A DNA stretch of 11,355 nt from Pseudomonadota bacterium (lineage in GTDB: Bacteria; Bdellovibrionota_B; Oligoflexia; Oligoflexales; RGVZ01), in contig JBEGVZ010000071.1 of NCBI GenBank assembly GCA_041178085.1, positions 1 to 11,355 of the forward strand, in the 5' to 3' direction. Shown here piece by piece: positions 7,488-11,355 of the stretch. Numbering within the stretch: position 1 is the first letter of the stretch; every line of letters starts with the position of its first letter. A program made the position numbers and the translations under genes. The notes under the pieces are model-generated. The model had not been told where the DNA came from, did not search any database, and saw only the letters and a program-made list of their open reading frames with translations.

Positions 7488-7513
7488 TAAAGTTTGCGGG
7501 CGTTGGCCGATAA
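7488..7513 (+). promoter_or_regulatory. Sigma-28 (FliA)-like promoter with AT-rich upstream tract
   Basis: TAAAGTTT-N10-GCCGATAA. Both boxes match the extended consensus TAAAGTTT-N11-GCCGATAA exactly, but the spacer is 1 nt short. Preceded by an A/T-rich tract at 7459-7487. Confidence 0.6.
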
Positions 7514-7565
7514 ACCCGGCGCTGTTCTGGTCTTTTGCCGGGGCGGCTTTAGAGGAGATCTGGTC

Positions 7566-8525
7566 ATGATTGCTCGCAAGTTTAGCGCCACGTTGCGCTT
7601 TTTCGCCACAGTCTCTGTGGTGGTAACGACATTCGCCTGCGGCGAGGATAGCGACTTCGTCGATAAGGAGTTGCAAGTCCCCGATGCGCAGGCTCCTTTA
7701 TCGGGCGAGTTTGCCGGGGGCATGGATGCCGTCGCAACGCAGGTGTCCGGGCTTGACCCCATCGTTGATGCAGTACCGACCCCACCGGTGCCACCCACGA
7801 CCCCGCCAGCCGTCATTCCGGTCCCAACCCTTGTCGTCGATACGTCCCGGATCGTGCTCACGACCGACCAGAGCAAGATTGTTCCGGTTTCGATCAATGA
7901 CGGAAATGGCAACATCACGCCAGCCGATCAGGGTGACTTCACTGTGGTCAGCAATAATCCTGCGATCGTGACTGTTGTACCTGGTTCTCAGCCAGGTGAA
8001 TTTTCAATTATTCCGGTTGGACCCGGCCAGACGTCCGTGACCATCAAGACACCGGATGACGTGAAAACAATCCCCATCCAGGTGGCGCCAGGTGTGCCCG
8101 TGATTCGCCTTGGGGTCAATTTCGAGGATATCCCCGATGGCGGTGACTTTGACTATAACGACGCGGTGTTCTGTTTCTCTGGAAAGTTTGCCCACGACAA
8201 TCAGTCAGTGGTTTCGCTGGAAGAACAAGTGGTGCGGATCAACGTCACCAACCGCAGCGGATGTGACCACTTCATCTACATCGCGGTGGTGGATACGGAC
8301 GGTACACGGCGCGCTCTGCCCCAATTCCGCAGTCGTACCCAACCTGCACTTGACCTTCGCTTCTATCCGGGCTCGCGCCTTGAAGTGAAGATGCACGTTG
8401 CAGATCAATGCCTCGCCAATGCCTCCTGGGTGGGACTTGGTGGCAAGGTCCAGGTTCCAGGGCCGACCTTCGGCCGGCCATTGGTTGAGGTATTGAACGA
8501 CGTGTGCCGTACAAATGGCAACTGA
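7566..8525 (+). CDS. Lipoprotein B, paralogue of 3875-4747: acidic and Pro/Thr-rich linker, Ig-like domain, C-terminal FED...GDxDYND domain
   Basis: SD AGGAG at 7553-7557. MIARKFSATLRFFATVSVVVTTFA|C lipobox; VPTPPVPPTTPP linker; VVSNNPAIVTV...GPGQTSVTI Ig-like segment; LGVNFEDIPDGGDFDYNDAVFCF. Confidence 0.85.
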   Translation: MIARKFSATLRFFATVSVVVTTFACGEDSDFVDKELQVPDAQAPLSGEFAGGMDAVATQVSGLDPIVDAVPTPPVPPTTPPAVIPVPTLVVDTSRIVLTTDQSKIVPVSINDGNGNITPADQGDFTVVSNNPAIVTVVPGSQPGEFSIIPVGPGQTSVTIKTPDDVKTIPIQVAPGVPVIRLGVNFEDIPDGGDFDYNDAVFCFSGKFAHDNQSVVSLEEQVVRINVTNRSGCDHFIYIAVVDTDGTRRALPQFRSRTQPALDLRFYPGSRLEVKMHVADQCLANASWVGLGGKVQVPGPTFGRPLVEVLNDVCRTNGN

Positions 8526-8557
8526 GCCTCAGCCCAGTTGCGACGTTTGACGGGAAT

Positions 8558-9541
8558 TTATTTCGGCCATTTGGAAACGGTGTCCAGCGCCTGCTGAGAC
8601 ACCGTCGCACCCACCCGGCTAATGACGTCACTGGCAAGGGTCGCGGCCATTTTACCGCATGTTTCCAGGTCGCGATCACTCAAGTAGCCGTAAAGGAAAC
8701 CAGCGGCGAACATGTCGCCGGCTGCCGTGGTGTCAACCACTTTGGTTTTGACCGGGGCGATGCGGTGCTGGCGGTCGCCTTTTTGCACAAGCGCACCATC
8801 GCCTCCAAGTTTCACCACCGCGACGGCTCCTGTCTTCGCGATTTCCTCCGCAGCTTTTTCCGGCGTGCTCTCATAGAGCATCCGTGATTCTTCCTTGTTC
8901 GTGAATACGATGTCAGCGAACTCGGCGATGATCGGAACGAACTCGTCTCGGTGCCGTTTGACTACAAACGGGTCTGCCAGGTCGAACGAAACCAGCGTGT
9001 TGTTTGCCGATGCAGTTTTCACTGCATTCATGATCGCGTTTTTTTGTCCGTCTGTATCCCACTGATAGCCCGAGAAGTGGAATACCCTGGCATCCTTGAT
9101 GTGGTGCATTGGCACGGCTGCGTGATCGTATAGACGGCTCGACCCCAGGTGGGTGTTCATGGTTCTCTCGCCATCCGGAGTGATCAGAATGACGCAGGAA
9201 CCGGTGGCATCTTCGTTGCCAAAAATCAGGTGTGAATCGATGCCCAGCTGGTCCAGGCGTTCCGCGATCCGCCGGCCGAACTCGTCTTTGCTGACCATGC
9301 CGGCGAAGACTGCTTTTTTGCCCAGGGCAGCAAGGGTCCGGATCGCATTCATCGACGAACCGCCCAGCTCGACGGTGCGTGGAGCTGCTCCGAAATGGCT
9401 CAGGACCTTTTGCTGGCGCTCATGGTCCACAAGGTGCATGACACCCTTGGTCAGGTTGAGTTTGTTGAGGTCAGATTCGTCGGCCTTGATGAGGATGTCC
9501 ACCAGCGCATTGCATACGCTGACAACGTCGATGGTCTTCAA
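8558..9541 (-). CDS. PfkB family carbohydrate kinase, adenosine kinase-like
   Basis: NALVDI, GGSSMNA, ITPDGERTMNTHLG, VSFDLAD, NKEE, VVKLGGDG and VVDTTAAGDMFAAGFLYG motifs; TTG start with SD AGGAG. Confidence 0.93.
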   Translation of the reverse strand: MKTIDVVSVCNALVDILIKADESDLNKLNLTKGVMHLVDHERQQKVLSHFGAAPRTVELGGSSMNAIRTLAALGKKAVFAGMVSKDEFGRRIAERLDQLGIDSHLIFGNEDATGSCVILITPDGERTMNTHLGSSRLYDHAAVPMHHIKDARVFHFSGYQWDTDGQKNAIMNAVKTASANNTLVSFDLADPFVVKRHRDEFVPIIAEFADIVFTNKEESRMLYESTPEKAAEEIAKTGAVAVVKLGGDGALVQKGDRQHRIAPVKTKVVDTTAAGDMFAAGFLYGYLSDRDLETCGKMAATLASDVISRVGATVSQQALDTVSKWPK

Positions 9542-9566
9542 CTGGTTGTCTCCTGAATTTCCAGAT

Positions 9567-10439
9567 TCAGGCTACGTTGTAGCTCACTTGGGTGGTCTGC
9601 TCAAGGCGCGGTTCGACGATCAACGCAGTTTGGGCTTCAGTCGCGTCAAAGATAACCCCTGTTTCCAGGATAAGAGGCGCTTTTTGGCGAACCCAGCCCG
9701 TCAGGGTGTGTTGTGACTGGTCACCGGCCAGGTCGAGCCAAGCGGCAAGCCTTAAGGCCAAGTCTTGCAACGAGTTCCCAGTTGCCCCGTCACAGCTCAT
9801 CTGGAAGCCGCAGAGCAGCGCGGCTCCGTCAAATGCGATGTCGAGCCGCTGGGGAAGGCAGCCCGCGGCATGGGCCACCACAGAGGCAAACAGTGATTTG
9901 GCCAGTTCGATACGTTGGTCGCGGCAGTATCTGCGTTGGAACGCTTGCGTGATACAACGCAGCGCTTTCGCACGATCACTGCCGGGATCAATGGCTTCAG
10001 AAGATTTTGCGAAGCCCCAACCCATTAGACGTGTTGGTTCGAAGAAGGATCCGTTGAATCCTGCATTCATAATCGTTTCAGCGGCGACTGCCATGCTGCG
10101 CATAGAGCCGCTCATCTGGCCCCAATTCAGAAGAACGGATGCGGGCAAGGTTTCGCCGGACTGCTTGGCCCGGCTTGCAGACGCTTTTACCAGTGCGTTT
10201 ATTTCGGCGGACAGCAAGCTTTGCAGGTTGATTTTTCCCAGGCCCGCGATGATTTGTAGGTTTCCGTCAGTGTGTTTTTGCAGGTGACTGGAAAATTCTG
10301 CCAGCGAGTCGTGCGACAACGTTTCCGCCCTCAGGCGTTCGTTGAACGGATCAACTGCTTTGTCGGTGAACCCTTGTGCACGCACAAGGTGGCAGACAGG
10401 CTGCCGCAGTTGAGCAGTTTTTTTCATGTTGTCGTTCAC
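9567..10439 (-). CDS. Hypothetical protein (about 290 aa); start uncertain (GTG 10439 or ATG 10427)
   Basis: Long open frame between pgsA and the kinase on the same strand. The ORF-track start (10712) lies inside pgsA and is unlikely. AGGAG at 10457-10453. Confidence 0.6.
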   Translation of the reverse strand: MNDNMKKTAQLRQPVCHLVRAQGFTDKAVDPFNERLRAETLSHDSLAEFSSHLQKHTDGNLQIIAGLGKINLQSLLSAEINALVKASASRAKQSGETLPASVLLNWGQMSGSMRSMAVAAETIMNAGFNGSFFEPTRLMGWGFAKSSEAIDPGSDRAKALRCITQAFQRRYCRDQRIELAKSLFASVVAHAAGCLPQRLDIAFDGAALLCGFQMSCDGATGNSLQDLALRLAAWLDLAGDQSQHTLTGWVRQKAPLILETGVIFDATEAQTALIVEPRLEQTTQVSYNVA

Positions 10440-10495
10440 GGTGCGACCATCTCTCCTGGTGGACGCGGTCCATCCCCTGGAAGCTCCTGCCAAGT

Positions 10496-10522
10496 TGATC
10501 GTCATATTCATGAAATTATTGA
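10496..10522 (-). promoter_or_regulatory. Weaker sigma-28-like promoter
   Basis: Minus strand TCAA-N15-GACGATCA in an AT-rich patch between the pgsA stop and the next gene. Confidence 0.4.
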
Positions 10523-10567
10523 GGAATTTGCGGTATGGCGTGCGTTGCGTCGCGATCGTCCGGGGTT

Positions 10568-11278
10568 TCAACCGCCGAACATCTTTCCAACTAATCCCTT
10601 TTGTCGCGCTTTTGCCAGATACTCTTCGCAGTACTGCCAGCCTGAATAGACTGAAAGGAACAGGGAAGTCCAGGCGGCCACCCAACCGACTTCCCGGTAA
10701 GGCCAGCCCCACAGCGGTTCGTTGATCATCAGGCAGAAGATCATCACCCCCTGCGCGATTGTCTTCAGCTTTCCGAAGTTGCTGACTTCAATCGAGAAGC
10801 CCTGCTCCAGCGCAACCATGCGGACGCCAGAGATCGCGATGTCCCTGACCAACAGCACGCCGATCATCCATGCCCACAGTGCATTTTCACTGGCCAGCAG
10901 TACCAGGCTTGCAGCGATGAGAGCCTTGTCGGCGATCGGGTCCAGGAGGGCGCCAAGGGCACTCACAGACTTTCGTTTGCGCGCCAGCCAGCCGTCCAGG
11001 GCGTCGGTCAGTGCGGCGGCCAGGAAAACGAATGCGCAGAAGATTTTCAGCGGCTGGTAGCCCAACGGGTAAACCACCAGCAGGAAGGGAACAACAGCCA
11101 GGCGCGCCAAGGTCAATTGGTTCGGCAGCTGGTACAACCAAGGTGTGTTCTCATGCATTCCAGACCGGCTGGCCGGGCCACTTATCGAGGACTTTGGAGG
11201 GCCTGCGTGAGGTCCCTGGGGAGCTTCAAATTTGGGGCCTGCGTGGTCCAAAGTCGGTTTCCTTGGCGAAGAGGGCAT
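10568..11278 (-). CDS. pgsA: CDP-diacylglycerol--glycerol-3-phosphate 3-phosphatidyltransferase
   Basis: LPNQLTLARL, CDP-alcohol phosphotransferase motif TDALDGWLARK...LGALLDPIADK, RDIAISGVR and GKLKT; multiple TM helices. Alternative start at 11156. Confidence 0.93.
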   Translation of the reverse strand: MPSSPRKPTLDHAGPKFEAPQGPHAGPPKSSISGPASRSGMHENTPWLYQLPNQLTLARLAVVPFLLVVYPLGYQPLKIFCAFVFLAAALTDALDGWLARKRKSVSALGALLDPIADKALIAASLVLLASENALWAWMIGVLLVRDIAISGVRMVALEQGFSIEVSNFGKLKTIAQGVMIFCLMINEPLWGWPYREVGWVAAWTSLFLSVYSGWQYCEEYLAKARQKGLVGKMFGG

Positions 11279-11310
11279 TTCTCTTCTTGAACTATGCCCA
11301 CGGATCCACC

Positions 11311-11339
11311 ATTAAGGCACGGACGGCATTTGGCGTCAA
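11311..11339 (-). promoter_or_regulatory. Sigma-70-like promoter for pgsA
   Basis: Minus strand TTGACG-N17-CTTAAT with TG at the extended -10 position, 32 nt upstream of ATG 11278. Confidence 0.5.
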
Positions 11340-11355
11340 TGCGGCAAAAACAGGC

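Noticed and set aside
8710..8736. AAGD instead of GAGD in the PfkB anion hole
   Set aside because: AAGD is a known active variant in the ribokinase family and does not indicate inactivation.
9153..10287. Long plus-strand ORFs 9153-9716 and 9592-10287
   Set aside because: Antisense to the PfkB kinase and the adjacent hypothetical gene; Ser/Arg-rich shadow composition and no motifs.
10436..10450. Mini-ORF MVAP* on the minus strand whose TGA overlaps the GTG at 10439 (possible translational coupling)
   Set aside because: AGGAG is only 2 nt from its ATG, too close for efficient initiation, and such short ORFs arise by chance.
10568..10712. Apparent overlap of the 381-aa ORF with the 3' end of pgsA
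   Set aside because: Plausible starts and a promoter-like element lie downstream of the pgsA stop, so the extension is probably not translated.
1..11355. CRISPR arrays, tRNA/rRNA, IS elements, prophage or defence genes
   Set aside because: No spaced direct repeats, RNA-gene signatures, or transposase, integrase, nuclease or RT motifs were seen by eye.

Overview
Gene-dense, GC-rich bacterial chromosomal window. Gene content and style suggest a Bdellovibrionota/Oligoflexia-like organism (inference only). In order it encodes: the 3' end of an azurin, a secreted S8 subtilisin with an Ig-like domain and a poly-Gly/4-Cys tail, a secreted serine beta-lactamase-family hydrolase, a Cys-rich secreted hypothetical protein, lipoprotein A, a stand-alone GlmU-like left-handed beta-helix protein, two small convergent hypothetical genes, signal peptidase I, a small secreted protein, lipoprotein B (a paralogue of A), a PfkB/adenosine kinase, a hypothetical protein, and pgsA. 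I saw no RNA gene, CRISPR array, mobile element or recognisable defence system. Two signals stand out. First, the dispersed pair of paralogous Ig-stalked lipoproteins share a 4-Cys C-terminal domain with an acidic FED...GDxD(F/Y)ND motif. Second, four sigma-28 (FliA)-like promoters lie in front of non-flagellar, uncharacterised genes; one probably drives a leaderless mRNA and overlaps a divergent sigma-70-like promoter for lepB.
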